Part shown: positions 20,091-30,550 of the stretch, piece by piece
How the letters are laid out: every line of letters begins with the position of its first letter
Numbering within the stretch: position 1 is the first letter of the stretch
Assembly (NCBI GenBank): GCA_965223295.1
Contig: CBDCWC010000002.1
Location: 96,001 to 160,000 of the forward strand
DNA from: Nitrospirales bacterium
Lineage (GTDB): Bacteria > Nitrospirota > Nitrospiria > Nitrospirales > UBA8639
Length of the DNA: 64,000 nt
Direction: 5' to 3'
The notes under the pieces: generated by a model
Told to the model about the DNA's origin: nothing
The model's database searches: none
What the model saw: the letters and a program-made list of their open reading frames with translations, nothing else
Made by a program: the position numbers and the translations under genes

Positions 20091-21779
20091 ATGAGTGCGA
20101 ATGATAAGCAAGTTATTTTTTCTTTAGTAGGTGTTGGCAAAATTCACCCCCCGAAAAAGCAAGTGCTGAAGGATATCTATCTGTCATTTTTTTATGGCGC
20201 GAAGATTGGTGTGCTGGGTTTAAATGGGTCAGGAAAAAGTACACTTCTGCGAATTATCGCGGGTGTCGACAAGGACTATGTCGGAGAAATAACTTTTTCG
20301 AAAGGCTATTCAGTCGGACTCTTTGAACAAGAACCGCATCTTGAGTCGGGGAAGACTGTGAAGGAAGTTGTAGAAGAGGGTCGTGCCGAAGTTGTCCAAT
20401 TGTTGCGGGATTATGAAGATGTCAGTCAACGATTCGCAGAGGAGATGACTTCGGAGGAGATGGAAGCGTTAATTGAGCGGCAAGGGAAACTGCAGGAACA
20501 AATTGAGGCTGCGAATGGTTGGGAATTAGAGCATCAATTGGATGTAGCCATGGATGCATTGCGCTGTCCGCCAAAAGACGCGTTGGTGGATGATTTGTCA
20601 GGAGGGGAACGTCGCCGAGTGGCCTTGTGCCGTTTGCTCATTCAGGAGCCGGATATTTTGTTGCTGGATGAACCGACGAATCACTTAGATGCTGAGACGG
20701 TGCAATGGTTGGAACAGCATCTTCAGCAATATAAAGGCACCGTGATTGCGGTAACCCATGACCGCTATTTTCTTGATAACGTGGCAGGGTGGATCTTGGA
20801 ACTCGACCGTGGACAAGGGATGCCATTTCAAGGGAATTATTCTTCCTGGCTAGAGCAAAAGAAGGATCGGTTAGCTAAGGAAGAAAAATCTGAATCGAAA
20901 CGACAGAAAACTCTTGAGCGGGAACTTGAATGGATTCGCATGTCACCCAAAGGCAGACAAGCTAAGGGTAAAGCGCGAATGAGCAGGTATGAGCAGTTGG
21001 TGGGGGAAGAGCAGGCTAAACAAGTTGATGATTTGGAAATTTATATTCCGTCCGGTCCCCGATTGGGTGATGTGGTCGTGGAAGCAGAAAATCTTGCCAA
21101 AAGTTTCGGTGAAAATTTGTTGTTTGATCAGTTGTCTTTTTCCTTGCCGAAAGGTGGGATTGTTGGCGTGATTGGCCCAAATGGAGCCGGCAAATCCACT
21201 TTGTTTAAGATGATTGCTGGGCAAGTCACGCCTGATTTCGGGACGTTAACCTTAGGTGAGACTGTCAGATTGGGTTACGTCGATCAAAATCGACTGATCG
21301 ATGACGCGTTGAATGTGTGGGAATGTATTTCAGATGGCAAAGAAACGGTAATGCTAGGAAAAGTCGAAGTGAATTCCCGAGGGTACGTGTCCCGATTTAA
21401 TTTCTCTGGGTCGGATCAGCAAAAAAAAGTGAAAGATCTTTCTGGTGGTGAACGCAATCGTGTGCACTTAGCCCGTATGCTGAAAGAAGGAGCCAATGTG
21501 TTGTTATTAGATGAGCCGACCAACGACTTGGATGTGAATACGTTGCGTGCTCTCGAAGAAGGGTTGGAGCATTTTGGAGGTTGTGCGGTGGTGAGTAGTC
21601 ATGACCGATGGTTTTTGGATCGTATTGCCACACATATTTTAGCCTTTGAAGGCGATAGCCAAGTAGTATGGTTTGAGGGGAATTATTCAGAATATGAAGC
21701 TAATCGGAAAAAGCGGTTGGGGAAAGCCGCTGAAAGCCCCCATCAGATCCGTTATCGCAAATTAACCAAATCTTCCTAA
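20091..21779 (+). CDS. ettA: Energy-dependent translational throttle protein (ABC-F)
   Basis: LSFFYGAKIGVLGLNGSGKST, two ABC cassettes, ELEWIRMSPKGRQAKGKAR linker, WFEGNYSEYE tail. Confidence 0.95.
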   Translation: MSANDKQVIFSLVGVGKIHPPKKQVLKDIYLSFFYGAKIGVLGLNGSGKSTLLRIIAGVDKDYVGEITFSKGYSVGLFEQEPHLESGKTVKEVVEEGRAEVVQLLRDYEDVSQRFAEEMTSEEMEALIERQGKLQEQIEAANGWELEHQLDVAMDALRCPPKDALVDDLSGGERRRVALCRLLIQEPDILLLDEPTNHLDAETVQWLEQHLQQYKGTVIAVTHDRYFLDNVAGWILELDRGQGMPFQGNYSSWLEQKKDRLAKEEKSESKRQKTLERELEWIRMSPKGRQAKGKARMSRYEQLVGEEQAKQVDDLEIYIPSGPRLGDVVVEAENLAKSFGENLLFDQLSFSLPKGGIVGVIGPNGAGKSTLFKMIAGQVTPDFGTLTLGETVRLGYVDQNRLIDDALNVWECISDGKETVMLGKVEVNSRGYVSRFNFSGSDQQKKVKDLSGGERNRVHLARMLKEGANVLLLDEPTNDLDVNTLRALEEGLEHFGGCAVVSSHDRWFLDRIATHILAFEGDSQVVWFEGNYSEYEANRKKRLGKAAESPHQIRYRKLTKSS

Positions 21780-21788
21780 CACGATGAC

Positions 21789-22052
21789 ATGTCTTCTGGT
21801 CCTCCAAAAACGCCTGACTCTATGAAGTCGACTCCTGATTTGCCAGAAACTCATAAATCAGGACCAGTTATTGTTGCAAGGGTTCTGGGCATTCTGTTTG
21901 TGGCTGGAGGGTTTATGTTAGGCATTCAGGGCTTGGATCATCCTCAGTCTCCGATGCTTCCTACTGCTTTAGGCCTCATCGTTGCGGGGCTGGTTGCTCA
22001 GGTCTTTGCACTGATTCGGTCATGGTACCTGTATTCTCAACGAAACGTCTAA
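21789..22052 (+). CDS. Small two-TM membrane protein
   Basis: Two hydrophobic segments, tightly packed between ettA and the next gene. Confidence 0.65.
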   Translation: MSSGPPKTPDSMKSTPDLPETHKSGPVIVARVLGILFVAGGFMLGIQGLDHPQSPMLPTALGLIVAGLVAQVFALIRSWYLYSQRNV

Positions 22053-22059
22053 GTCAGCA

Positions 22060-22512
22060 ATGTGGTCTGTTTTGTTGAATCGCACCGATAAAGATAGATT
22101 TGTGACGTACTGGGAGTTGTTTGTCGTTTTGGGATTGAGCCTGTTCATGGTGAGCTGTGAGCCCTGGCGCGACAGCTATCTTGATAAGGGGATCGGTGTG
22201 CTGACACAGCCGGAGGTGCGAGAAAAATTAGGAAAGCCCCATGCGATCGAAGATCCCTTACTGTCGGATGAAACCACATGGCGATACCGATATGTTCTGA
22301 CTGAAGGTGATTTAGATCCGTGGGGAATTAAGACCTTTGGGAAAGAAGCTGGAAGTGTCTTAAGTGGTCCGGAAGGAACCTTGAGGGAAAAGGTGTATTG
22401 TTATGTGCATGTATTAGTTTTTGATAAGGAAAAGGTGCTTCGCGAATGGGAACGAGAGTTATGCCAAGTTCCGACCCGTCCTAATCCTTTTGAACAAACA
22501 CTTTCTGAGTAG
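22060..22512 (+). CDS. Putative lipoprotein (SmpA/OmlA-like)
   Basis: MVSC lipobox, TQPEVREKLGKP...W.Y.Y...LVFDKEKVL pattern. Confidence 0.65.
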   Translation: MWSVLLNRTDKDRFVTYWELFVVLGLSLFMVSCEPWRDSYLDKGIGVLTQPEVREKLGKPHAIEDPLLSDETTWRYRYVLTEGDLDPWGIKTFGKEAGSVLSGPEGTLREKVYCYVHVLVFDKEKVLREWERELCQVPTRPNPFEQTLSE

Positions 22513-22604
22513 AAGGGCTATCCTTCTGAGATTTCTGCTAGTAGAAGGCGTTTTCGAAGGAGTGAGCGTTATCTCTCGAACAAGCTATTCTAGGTACAAC
22601 TCTT

Positions 22605-22949
22605 ATGCCTGTGTTTAACAGCGGAGCGTTCCTTCAGCAATGTTTTTCCGTGCATCCCCTCACTTTGACCCTAAAGTTAGTCACGCCTCCTGCCCTTGTC
22701 GGGGTCGTGTGCACGAATTGTCGGATGAAACATCGGTTAACCGTCAAACAGGTAGGGCAAAAAGAAGGAGAAAATGCCGCAGTTGCTGAAGATGAGATGG
22801 GCGTATTTCAAGTATGCTACCAAACCCATTATGAAGATGTTCGTATTTCAGAGGTTGATGTGATCAAGAATCTTGTGGAATTTCGGTGCTTTCCTTGTCG
22901 GCGAACGTTTCGCTTTGATCTAGAGAAAATTGAAACACATCAACCCTGA
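22605..22949 (+). CDS. Hypothetical protein with two C-x3-H-x18/19-C-x2-C units
   Basis: CFSVH...CTNC and CYQTH...CFPC. Confidence 0.7.
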   Translation: MPVFNSGAFLQQCFSVHPLTLTLKLVTPPALVGVVCTNCRMKHRLTVKQVGQKEGENAAVAEDEMGVFQVCYQTHYEDVRISEVDVIKNLVEFRCFPCRRTFRFDLEKIETHQP

Positions 22950-23013
22950 ACAGAGCCATACAGTTGTCACGAAACTTGAGATCCTGAGATTTACTGAGGA
23001 AGTACGAGGCTTG

Positions 23014-23047
23014 AACGCCCGCAACGAATTGCTCTGTTGCGGGCGTT
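23014..23047. terminator. Hairpin between convergent genes (probable terminator)
   Basis: AACGCCCGCAAC-N10-GTTGCGGGCGTT, 16 nt past the peroxiredoxin stop. Confidence 0.7.
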
Positions 23048-23063
23048 TCAGAAAAAGAAGACC

Positions 23064-23699
23064 CTAACGGTTTGGCTGTGGCGTATAACGAAGATAAGGT
23101 TTGATGACCCGATGACCTTTAGGAAATAAATTTGGAATATCGGCATCGGCGACAGCTGGAGTAATGATACAATCTTCACCATCTGTCCAGTTTGCTGGCG
23201 TTGCCACTTTGTATTTTGCGGTGAGTTGCAGGGAATCCACCACTCGCAAAATTTCTTGAAAATTCCGGCCTGTAGAGGCGGGATAAGTGAGCATCAATTT
23301 GACTTTTTTATCAGGCCCAATGATGAAGACTGAACGCACCGTCATATTATCTAACGCATTGGGATGAATCATGTCATAGAGATTGGCCACCTTCTTGTCA
23401 GGGTCAGCAATAATGGGGTAACTCACAGTGCAATTTTGGGTTTCATTAATATCGTTGACCCAGCCCTTATGAGAGTCAATGGGATCAACGCTGACGGCTA
23501 GCACTTTCACATTACGTTGTTTAAATTCGTCCGTGATCTTTGCCATCGTTCCGAGTTCGGTCGTACAAACAGGCGTATAATCTTTAGGATGAGAAAACAG
23601 GATACCCCATCCATCGCCAAGCCACTCATGAAAGTTCACAGTGCCTACTGTGGTTTCTGCGGTAAAGTTGGGTGCTTCGTCGCCAAGTCGTAATGCCAT
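23064..23699 (-). CDS. 1-Cys peroxiredoxin (Prx6 class)
   Basis: FSHPKDYTPVCTTELG, YPASTGRNF.EILR and ATPANW motifs. Confidence 0.95.
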   Translation of the reverse strand: MALRLGDEAPNFTAETTVGTVNFHEWLGDGWGILFSHPKDYTPVCTTELGTMAKITDEFKQRNVKVLAVSVDPIDSHKGWVNDINETQNCTVSYPIIADPDKKVANLYDMIHPNALDNMTVRSVFIIGPDKKVKLMLTYPASTGRNFQEILRVVDSLQLTAKYKVATPANWTDGEDCIITPAVADADIPNLFPKGHRVIKPYLRYTPQPNR

Positions 23700-23938
23700 A
23701 ATGCCCCTCTTTTCTGTGAGAAGAATTGTGAATAAAGATATCTGGGTTTGAACTACCCATAATGTATGATCGTTACTCAGGAAGAAATATCAACAACTGT
23801 CTTCTGAGCTTGAGGAATACCGAAAGTCTAAGTCAGTCTCCTTGAGATGGTCAATATAGAGGCGAGGCAATACGTTTTCAAGAAATAGACTAGGGTTCTT
23901 TTTCGTAAACCTTATACACAAGGGAGGGATAGGACGGT

Positions 23939-24427
23939 ATGGCAGAATCTTCTTTGCAGGTCTCAGTGATCATGGGCAGTAAGTCTGATTGGGAGACCAT
24001 GAAATTAACAAGTGAAACGCTGGAAAAATTGGAAATATCTCATGAATGCAAGGTTCTCTCAGCTCACCGGGCTCCGGATGCATTGGTCGAGTATATTAGA
24101 CAGGCCGAAACGCGGGGCGCTCAAGTGTTTATCGCCGGCGCGGGGGGAGCGGCTCATCTAGGTGGGGTGATTGCGGCAAAAACTCAATTACCTGTTCTCG
24201 GGGTGCCTATGCAATCAAAGTCCTTGGGAGGGCTGGATTCGCTCCTCTCAATTGTACAAATGCCAAAAGGCATTCCGGTTGGTTCATTAGCGATTGGTAG
24301 TGCAGGGGCGATTAATGCTGCCTTATTGGCTGCAGCCATATTGGCCCTGGCTGATTCTGCCCTGGCAAAACGATTGGGTGCCTATCGTGAAGCGCAGACT
24401 CAGGCGGTATTAGCCGACCAATTATAA
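23939..24427 (+). CDS. purE: N5-CAIR mutase
   Basis: [22 protein letters not shown] and [11 protein letters not shown] motifs. Confidence 0.96.
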   Translation: MAESSLQVSVIMGSKSDWETMKLTSETLEKLEISHECKVLSAHRAPDALVEYIRQAETRGAQVFIAGAGGAAHLGGVIAAKTQLPVLGVPMQSKSLGGLDSLLSIVQMPKGIPVGSLAIGSAGAINAALLAAAILALADSALAKRLGAYREAQTQAVLADQL

Positions 24428-24480
24428 TTGATACCTTGAAATTTTTTGCAAGCAGAGCTTTAAGCTTGTAAATGTGTTAT

Positions 24481-24696
24481 GAGCCTATTTAATAGTGATG
24501 ATAGCAACGGCTACATCTAGTCTCTGAATCTTAATAGGGCAGAGGCCTCGGATCGGTTCAACAAATTCCGCTCGTTTGCGTGGTGAAGCGCTACTGCGCG
24601 TAAACGCGCAAGCGGCTTTCAGCCTTCGTAGCCGCTATGGCGAAGGAGTCCCGGCGAAGCCAGGGAGCACCGCTGGTGGCTTTTTTCAAAAGACCC
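24481..24696 (+). mobile_element. Degenerate MITE copy with nested palindromic inserts
   Basis: Ends GAGCCTATTTAA / TTCAAAAGACCC. Shares GGTGAAGCGCTACTGCGCGTAAACGCG and TTTCAGCCTTCGTA with the 1097 copy. Confidence 0.7.
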
Positions 24697-24714
24697 TATA
24701 TTAATTTTTCATCC

Positions 24715-24942
24715 TCATGAGGGTTTTCTTTTTTCTTGGTCGAGTAATGCAAATCGAGGGATGCTTTTTCCTTCTATCTCGACTTTCTCATAGAACATGT
24801 CTAAGGGTCTGACCCATAATCCGCATTCACCATAGAGGGCTCGGTAGACCACCATCTGTTCTTCGGTCTTTGAATGTGTAGTAATACCGATGACTTGATA
24901 GGTGTTCCCTTTGTAATGACGATATGTGCCTGGTTGGATCAT
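24715..24942 (-). CDS. DUF1653-domain protein
   Basis: G.YRHYKG..Y.V...H..TEE.MVVYRALYG..GLWVRP..MF motif. Confidence 0.9.
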   Translation of the reverse strand: MIQPGTYRHYKGNTYQVIGITTHSKTEEQMVVYRALYGECGLWVRPLDMFYEKVEIEGKSIPRFALLDQEKRKPS

Positions 24943-24987
24943 GTGATATTTCCTTGAAGAGAAAAGCTCGCTAGGACAAAGCTCAGA

Positions 24988-25773
24988 TTAGATTGGTGAT
25001 TGTTTGCACTGCTGTGGATGTTGTTGTCGATAAGAATGTAGCGCAATGCTACTCGCAACGGTGGCGTTCAATGGAATGGACGGGTGAATCTGAGAGATGC
25101 AAAATTGTCGTGAAAAGGGCAATGAAGGTATGCCCATGCCTTCTTCCCCAATGAGCAGACGAATGTTTTGAGGCCAAGTAAGAGTGGCGATATCTTCCCC
25201 TTGCATGTCCAGTGGGATAATCCATTGTAATCTGTCTGGTTGGTGTAATTCCGAGATTGAACACCCCAAGGTGAGTGGCTGAAAAAAAACGGCTCCACTG
25301 CTGGCTCGAATGACCTTGGGATGAAAAGGATGAACAGCCTCGCATAGAAGGACGACCCTGTGGACCCCGAAGGCCAGACAGGAACGAAGGAGGGCTCCTA
25401 GATTACCTGGATCGCCGATTGGACAGAGGACTTCTAACCCTGCGGGTGCTTGCGTGAGATCGAATGGTGGTAGAGAGGGAGTGGCGCAGACCATCAATGG
25501 ATCTTTAGTCCCGAAAATATCTAATTCATCATAGAGTGATTTAGATAATACAAATCTCTGGCCGCCGCAGGCCAGATCTTCATCGGCGTCATACTTGGGA
25601 GGTAGCAATATCTCGGAGAGAGAAATTTCAGAATGTTGGCTAAGTTCTTTTCTGAGTTTGGTTCCGGCTACGACACATTGCTGGTGAGTTTTGACGCCTT
25701 GGGAATCCAGTAGTGAAACCCACCGTTTAAATCGAGGATTCTGTCGGCTCGTAATGGATTGCACTGATCGCAT
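24988..25773 (-). CDS. TrmH/SpoU-family RNA methyltransferase
   Basis: ITSRQNP, DPGNLGALLRS, RASSGA, IGEEG.GI and LNATVA motifs. Confidence 0.88.
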   Translation of the reverse strand: MRSVQSITSRQNPRFKRWVSLLDSQGVKTHQQCVVAGTKLRKELSQHSEISLSEILLPPKYDADEDLACGGQRFVLSKSLYDELDIFGTKDPLMVCATPSLPPFDLTQAPAGLEVLCPIGDPGNLGALLRSCLAFGVHRVVLLCEAVHPFHPKVIRASSGAVFFQPLTLGCSISELHQPDRLQWIIPLDMQGEDIATLTWPQNIRLLIGEEGMGIPSLPFSRQFCISQIHPSIPLNATVASSIALHSYRQQHPQQCKQSPI

Positions 25774-26140
25774 AAGAATTGGAGATAGCAATGAAGGATG
25801 AAATATTTGCTGAAAGAGGTGAGGTTGGAAGGCTCTCCTGTTTTGGTGAACAACCGATTCTCACCCTCATCCTTGGTCCCTCTTTGGAATCAAGCCCTCA
25901 AGAGAGAAAGAATGTTCATAGGTTTCAGTTGAACGTTAAAACCCTGTAGTACTAAATTCTACAAAACCGCATGTTTTTTAGCCTAAATCTTAGCAAATCT
26001 GCCTTAAGAGACCTATAAAAATAGCCGATAACTGACTTAAACAGAGTTTTTTGACCCCTAAATACTGTGTTGTACGCGAGAAGCGATTATTGACTCTCTC
26101 TAAGTATCTCAACGTTCAGTACGTGTAACAGGAGACAGCT

Positions 26141-27292
26141 ATGTTTGGATCTTGGTCTGGAGGAAAAGCTGCTCAGAAAGATCAAACAACCGTGAGCCCC
26201 TCTAAGACACCCGCTTCGAATGGGACTACTCAATCAAAAGATTTTGATCAAGCTATAGAATCTTTGGCCAGAGTGCTGCGTTGTCTCGGACGACATTCAT
26301 TTGAATTAGAGCAGCAAACAGAAAAAGAAATTGAAAAAGAATTTGAACGATGGGCCATGCATGTGTTGGTTGGAGCGACGCTTCGCGATGAGGATTCCGA
26401 GACTGAAGAAGGGACGATTCGGCGTGACTGGGGGGAACTGGCCAAGTTTGTGAATCGGCATCGGCAACAAGAAAAAAACTATGTTGATCGTAATCTTCAA
26501 GATGTGCGAAATGTCTTGTGGGAGTTTACCAACACGGTCGGGCGTGCGATTGTTGAAGATAAAGAATCCGACCAGCAGGTGGATAGCTACCTTGGGCAAT
26601 TACGAGTAGCCACGGAGGCCGGATCGTTTAACGAGGTGAAGCATGCGTTGTTAGCGGTCGTTCAAGGGATGAATGCCGTCGTTGACGAAAGAAAAAAGCG
26701 ACAACAGCAACGGATAAAACGGCTGGGTGAAAAATTGAAGGCCGTTGAACAGGAACTGGGAAGTGCGCGAAAGGAAATGGAATTAGATCCACTCACCCGG
26801 CTCTATAATCGTGGGGCTTTGGATTTACAGCTAGAGCGGACGGTCGGTGTGAGTTTCTTTTCGGAAACTCCAGCCTGTGTGTTCATGGTTGATATCGACC
26901 ACTTTAAGCAAGTCAATGATACGCATGGTCATCCTGCCGGAGATGCTGTCATTCAGCAAATTGCGGATCGTTTGGTGTCGACGTTTCCCAGAAAAACGGA
27001 TTTTGTGGCACGGTATGGAGGTGAAGAATTCTGTATTTTACTGCCGGGAGCGAGTCTTGAAGTCTGTCAGCGCTTGGGAGATCGTCTGTTGGAGGCTGTG
27101 CGTCGTGAGCCTTTTCAGTACCAAGAGTTGAGCATCCCTGCCACGGTCTCTATCGGGATGGCAGAGTTAGTGCCTGGGGAATCTGTGCCAAGTTGGTTGG
27201 AACGGGCTGATCGGGCATTGTATCGAGCGAAGGAAAGCGGTCGAAACCAAGCCTGTATCGCACTTGAGACCGAAGCTTCAACCAAAAGTTAA
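26141..27292 (+). CDS. Diguanylate cyclase
   Basis: DPLTRLYNR, DIDHFKQVNDTHGH, RKTD I-site and RYGGEEF. Helical N-terminal region. Confidence 0.95.
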   Translation: MFGSWSGGKAAQKDQTTVSPSKTPASNGTTQSKDFDQAIESLARVLRCLGRHSFELEQQTEKEIEKEFERWAMHVLVGATLRDEDSETEEGTIRRDWGELAKFVNRHRQQEKNYVDRNLQDVRNVLWEFTNTVGRAIVEDKESDQQVDSYLGQLRVATEAGSFNEVKHALLAVVQGMNAVVDERKKRQQQRIKRLGEKLKAVEQELGSARKEMELDPLTRLYNRGALDLQLERTVGVSFFSETPACVFMVDIDHFKQVNDTHGHPAGDAVIQQIADRLVSTFPRKTDFVARYGGEEFCILLPGASLEVCQRLGDRLLEAVRREPFQYQELSIPATVSIGMAELVPGESVPSWLERADRALYRAKESGRNQACIALETEASTKS

Positions 27293-27325
27293 GAAAGATT
27301 GCAGCCAGATATTCCGATCTCTGTG

Positions 27326-28312
27326 TTAAGTTGTTGACTCTTGGGTTTGTCCTGCCAGTTCTGTTACCGCTAAGCAGTGAATCTTCTCAATGTCTTCAAT
27401 CTTCCCAAGCCGAGTATGAAAGAAGCTGGCGATTTGAGGAATTCCTGTCATGATATCTTCTAAGATTGGTTCCCAGGCTTCTGGCTGAATGATTAACCGA
27501 GCTTGGCTTTTTTCTCTGACCATGGCAATTGCTGTTTCGGGTGTTTCTGTTACCCACATATCCGCGACGAAGCTGGATAAGGCCACGACATCGACCAAAG
27601 CCTGAAATTCCGGAGGAGTTTCAAACAATTCTGGAGTATGGCTATAAAGAATTGCCACTTGAAACTCTTCAGGCAGTTCCCATTGTTGAGCCAGCCATGC
27701 ACCAACTTGCGCATGGTCGACGCCCAGATGTTCGAGTTCAATCCGATTTAAATCAGCATGATTCTGAGGTGTGTGTTTCTGGATCGACTGCATTTCTCCT
27801 GTTGCGACTTCATGCAACGCCAAAATTCCAATATCCTGGAGGAGTGCCGCAAGGAACATGAGTTCGGTGTCAGGGTGGGACAGATGTTTCCCAATCGCTC
27901 GGGCGGTGATACTCGCAAAAATTGACCGTCGCCAATATTGCATATGGTCAATCGCGGAGTTAGAACTATCTTTGATATCTTTGATAAGACGATAAAAGCA
28001 AAATGAAAGTGCCAAATTGGCAATCTTTGAAAACCCGAGTAGCGTGACGCCCTGTAGAACGCTGGTCACCTTGTGACGCGTCCCTCCGTAATAGCCTGAA
28101 TTGGCCATAAACAGGATTTGTGCCGCCATCCCGGAATCTTGAACAATCAACTCAGCGAGGGTTGAAGCGTCTGTTTCTTCGTCTTGGCACATCTTGAGAA
28201 TTTTCGAAGCCAATGGAGATAAGATGGGCAGAGACTTGCAGTCTTTAATACGCTCCAAGATCGTGGCTGTTTCTTCGTGTTCTTCGACATCAAGCGGTAG
28301 TGACAGTTGCAT
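27326..28312 (-). CDS. HDOD domain-containing protein
   Basis: LP.L...D....AQIL.MANS.YY, AALLQDIG, DHAQVGAWLAQQWELP motifs. Confidence 0.9.
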   Translation of the reverse strand: MQLSLPLDVEEHEETATILERIKDCKSLPILSPLASKILKMCQDEETDASTLAELIVQDSGMAAQILFMANSGYYGGTRHKVTSVLQGVTLLGFSKIANLALSFCFYRLIKDIKDSSNSAIDHMQYWRRSIFASITARAIGKHLSHPDTELMFLAALLQDIGILALHEVATGEMQSIQKHTPQNHADLNRIELEHLGVDHAQVGAWLAQQWELPEEFQVAILYSHTPELFETPPEFQALVDVVALSSFVADMWVTETPETAIAMVREKSQARLIIQPEAWEPILEDIMTGIPQIASFFHTRLGKIEDIEKIHCLAVTELAGQTQESTT

Positions 28313-28454
28313 GGACAGATCCTTGGTAATAAGGGATTATCATTGTCAGTCGAAATTTACGTTCTCGTTTCTTTCTCTGATTCTGTTCCTCTGTTTCGGT
28401 TAGAACCCTGCTCAGCTTAAGAAGAAGCTTGATGGTTCCGTGAGTAAAAGGGAA

Positions 28455-30431
28455 CTAAGTTGAAGTATTGTGGAAAAATATATACTCAATTCCGAGTCGG
28501 AAGGTGAGAGGCGGGGCGGGAAACCCGCGAAAGTTTTCATAGGAGGCATTGGTCAGGTTTTCCAAAGCCACATACCCGCGCCAGTTTGGGGTAGGAAGAT
28601 AGGTGATCGTGGTGTCGGCTTTGGTATAGCCTCCCACGCGAGCTATTTGGGTGGGTATTTGGAAGTCCATTCGTGAACTGACAATGGTCACCCGGCTGCT
28701 CAGGCTGAGGTTGGGAAACAGTTGAACGGTCAATCCTAATCCACCTCGCCATTTGGGTCGATTTCTTAAGAGGTCTCCAGTTCCGGTGGAGCGGGTGGTT
28801 AAATAAGTAAGATTACCCTGGAATGAGACAGAGGCATTAGGAGAGAGTCCCAAAGAAAATTCCCAGCCCTTTGTCCTGGCCGACTTGAGATTTGTCAGTT
28901 GAAAGATTCCTTGGTCCAAAAGATCCGGATCTAAATCGATGAGTCCGCGAAAGCGATTCTGAAAATAGGTGATCGAGGCCGTGATTTCTTGGTGAGATGT
29001 GGCATACTCCAGGCCGATGTCCCAGCCTGTGTTGGTTTCTGGTTTTAAGTTAGGGTTACCAATAAGCGGATCGCCTAGGCTGGCTAGTCCCGGCAACTTA
29101 AAGCCTTTGCCGTAGGCGCCACGAACATGCAGTAACGGAAGCAATGTATATCGTGCGCTCATTCGAGGACTTAGTTGAGGTTGCGATTGTTTGGTTAGGT
29201 CTAGGCGCGCGCCGGTGTTGAGCGTGAATGTTTCCCAGGGAGTCGTGGTGAGTTCGACAAAACTCCCCCCAAATGTCCGGTTCAGAGAAAAATCCAATGG
29301 TTCATCAGCAGGACCTCCCAGCGAACTCAAGTCTTGTGTGCCGTCACGGTGTCCTCTTTCGTGCGTGAGTTGTCCGCCAAAGGAGAATGTCCAATGCGGT
29401 GTTATTGTCCAGGTTTCAATGAGACGCCCCTGATAACGCTGATAATCGGTGGTAAAGCGGGCTGGAGGAATTTGGAACTGAGACGGAGAAGAGAGAACTC
29501 CCGGGCTGTCTACATCTTGAGAGCGTTTGGATAGGCTCAAAAAAAATTGATGATCCCAAGTGTCGGGAATGGAAAAAGAAGTTGTGAAGCCTGTCAAGAA
29601 TGAGTGTGTGTCGCGCTTCTCCGTTTCCTGTAAAAGCGCAAAGGTAGGACCGCCACTGCCTTCAGGAAAATTTTTCACTGAAGTATCCGTATAATTGCCG
29701 GTGAGACGAACATTCCAATGAGGTTCTGAATGCATGCCGAAGTTCCAAGCGATGGTATGTTGAGAAAATGCGTCTTTCTCAACTTGTTCGCCATTGTGGG
29801 AATGGGATGCTGACAGGTTTGCGGATACGGGGCCTAAGATGCCCTGGCCTTGGATCACGCCTCTGACTGAATCAAATCGTCCGCCTTCAAGGAGAATGCG
29901 ACCTTTTGTCTGTTCCGAATCCATGTCTGTCACGAGATTAACCGCACCGGCCATGGCCTCAGAGCCATAGAATGCCGAGAGCGGCCCACGGACGATTTCA
30001 ACGCGCGAGACTTGGTCAATGGGGATTGTTGAAAGGTCTACCGAACCACCGCGTTGGTCAGTGGTATCATTGAGAGGGATGCCATCGATCATGACTAAGG
30101 TGAAGTTTGGATCGGCACCGCGAAGGTAGATCGAGCTGATTCCCGCACGGCCACCCATTTCATCAAGATGCACTCCAGAGATCTGCTGGAGCATACTGCT
30201 AAGACGATTGGGTTGAAGGGATGACAATTTTTTCTGATCGAGGAGTTCATGACTTTGTGTCGTACGGTCAAGTCGAGTAGGATGCGCAGATCCGGTTACA
30301 AAGATTGGATCAAGGGTAGGGATAGTCAAGTCATCGGCATGCCCCATTGAAGTGCCGAATAAGTTAGATGCCAAAGCGATGGTGTAGAAGTATTTGATGA
30401 GGAAAACGGACTTATTGTACAAGGACATCAC
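28455..30431 (-). CDS. TonB-dependent receptor
   Basis: Signal peptide, plug motifs IYLRGA...VMIDGIP and RVEIVRGPLSAFYGSEAMAGAVN, NPNLKPE, ENLTN. Confidence 0.92.
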   Translation of the reverse strand: MMSLYNKSVFLIKYFYTIALASNLFGTSMGHADDLTIPTLDPIFVTGSAHPTRLDRTTQSHELLDQKKLSSLQPNRLSSMLQQISGVHLDEMGGRAGISSIYLRGADPNFTLVMIDGIPLNDTTDQRGGSVDLSTIPIDQVSRVEIVRGPLSAFYGSEAMAGAVNLVTDMDSEQTKGRILLEGGRFDSVRGVIQGQGILGPVSANLSASHSHNGEQVEKDAFSQHTIAWNFGMHSEPHWNVRLTGNYTDTSVKNFPEGSGGPTFALLQETEKRDTHSFLTGFTTSFSIPDTWDHQFFLSLSKRSQDVDSPGVLSSPSQFQIPPARFTTDYQRYQGRLIETWTITPHWTFSFGGQLTHERGHRDGTQDLSSLGGPADEPLDFSLNRTFGGSFVELTTTPWETFTLNTGARLDLTKQSQPQLSPRMSARYTLLPLLHVRGAYGKGFKLPGLASLGDPLIGNPNLKPETNTGWDIGLEYATSHQEITASITYFQNRFRGLIDLDPDLLDQGIFQLTNLKSARTKGWEFSLGLSPNASVSFQGNLTYLTTRSTGTGDLLRNRPKWRGGLGLTVQLFPNLSLSSRVTIVSSRMDFQIPTQIARVGGYTKADTTITYLPTPNWRGYVALENLTNASYENFRGFPAPPLTFRLGIEYIFFHNTST

Positions 30432-30550
30432 GATGTTGTTTGATGTGTTGCAGGTACACAGACGGCTGTGAGATTGTACTGAATGTGGAGCTTGATCTGT
30501 AATCTTTAAATCCTTCTCTGAAAATTTTCTCCTTCAATCACAACCTGGTT

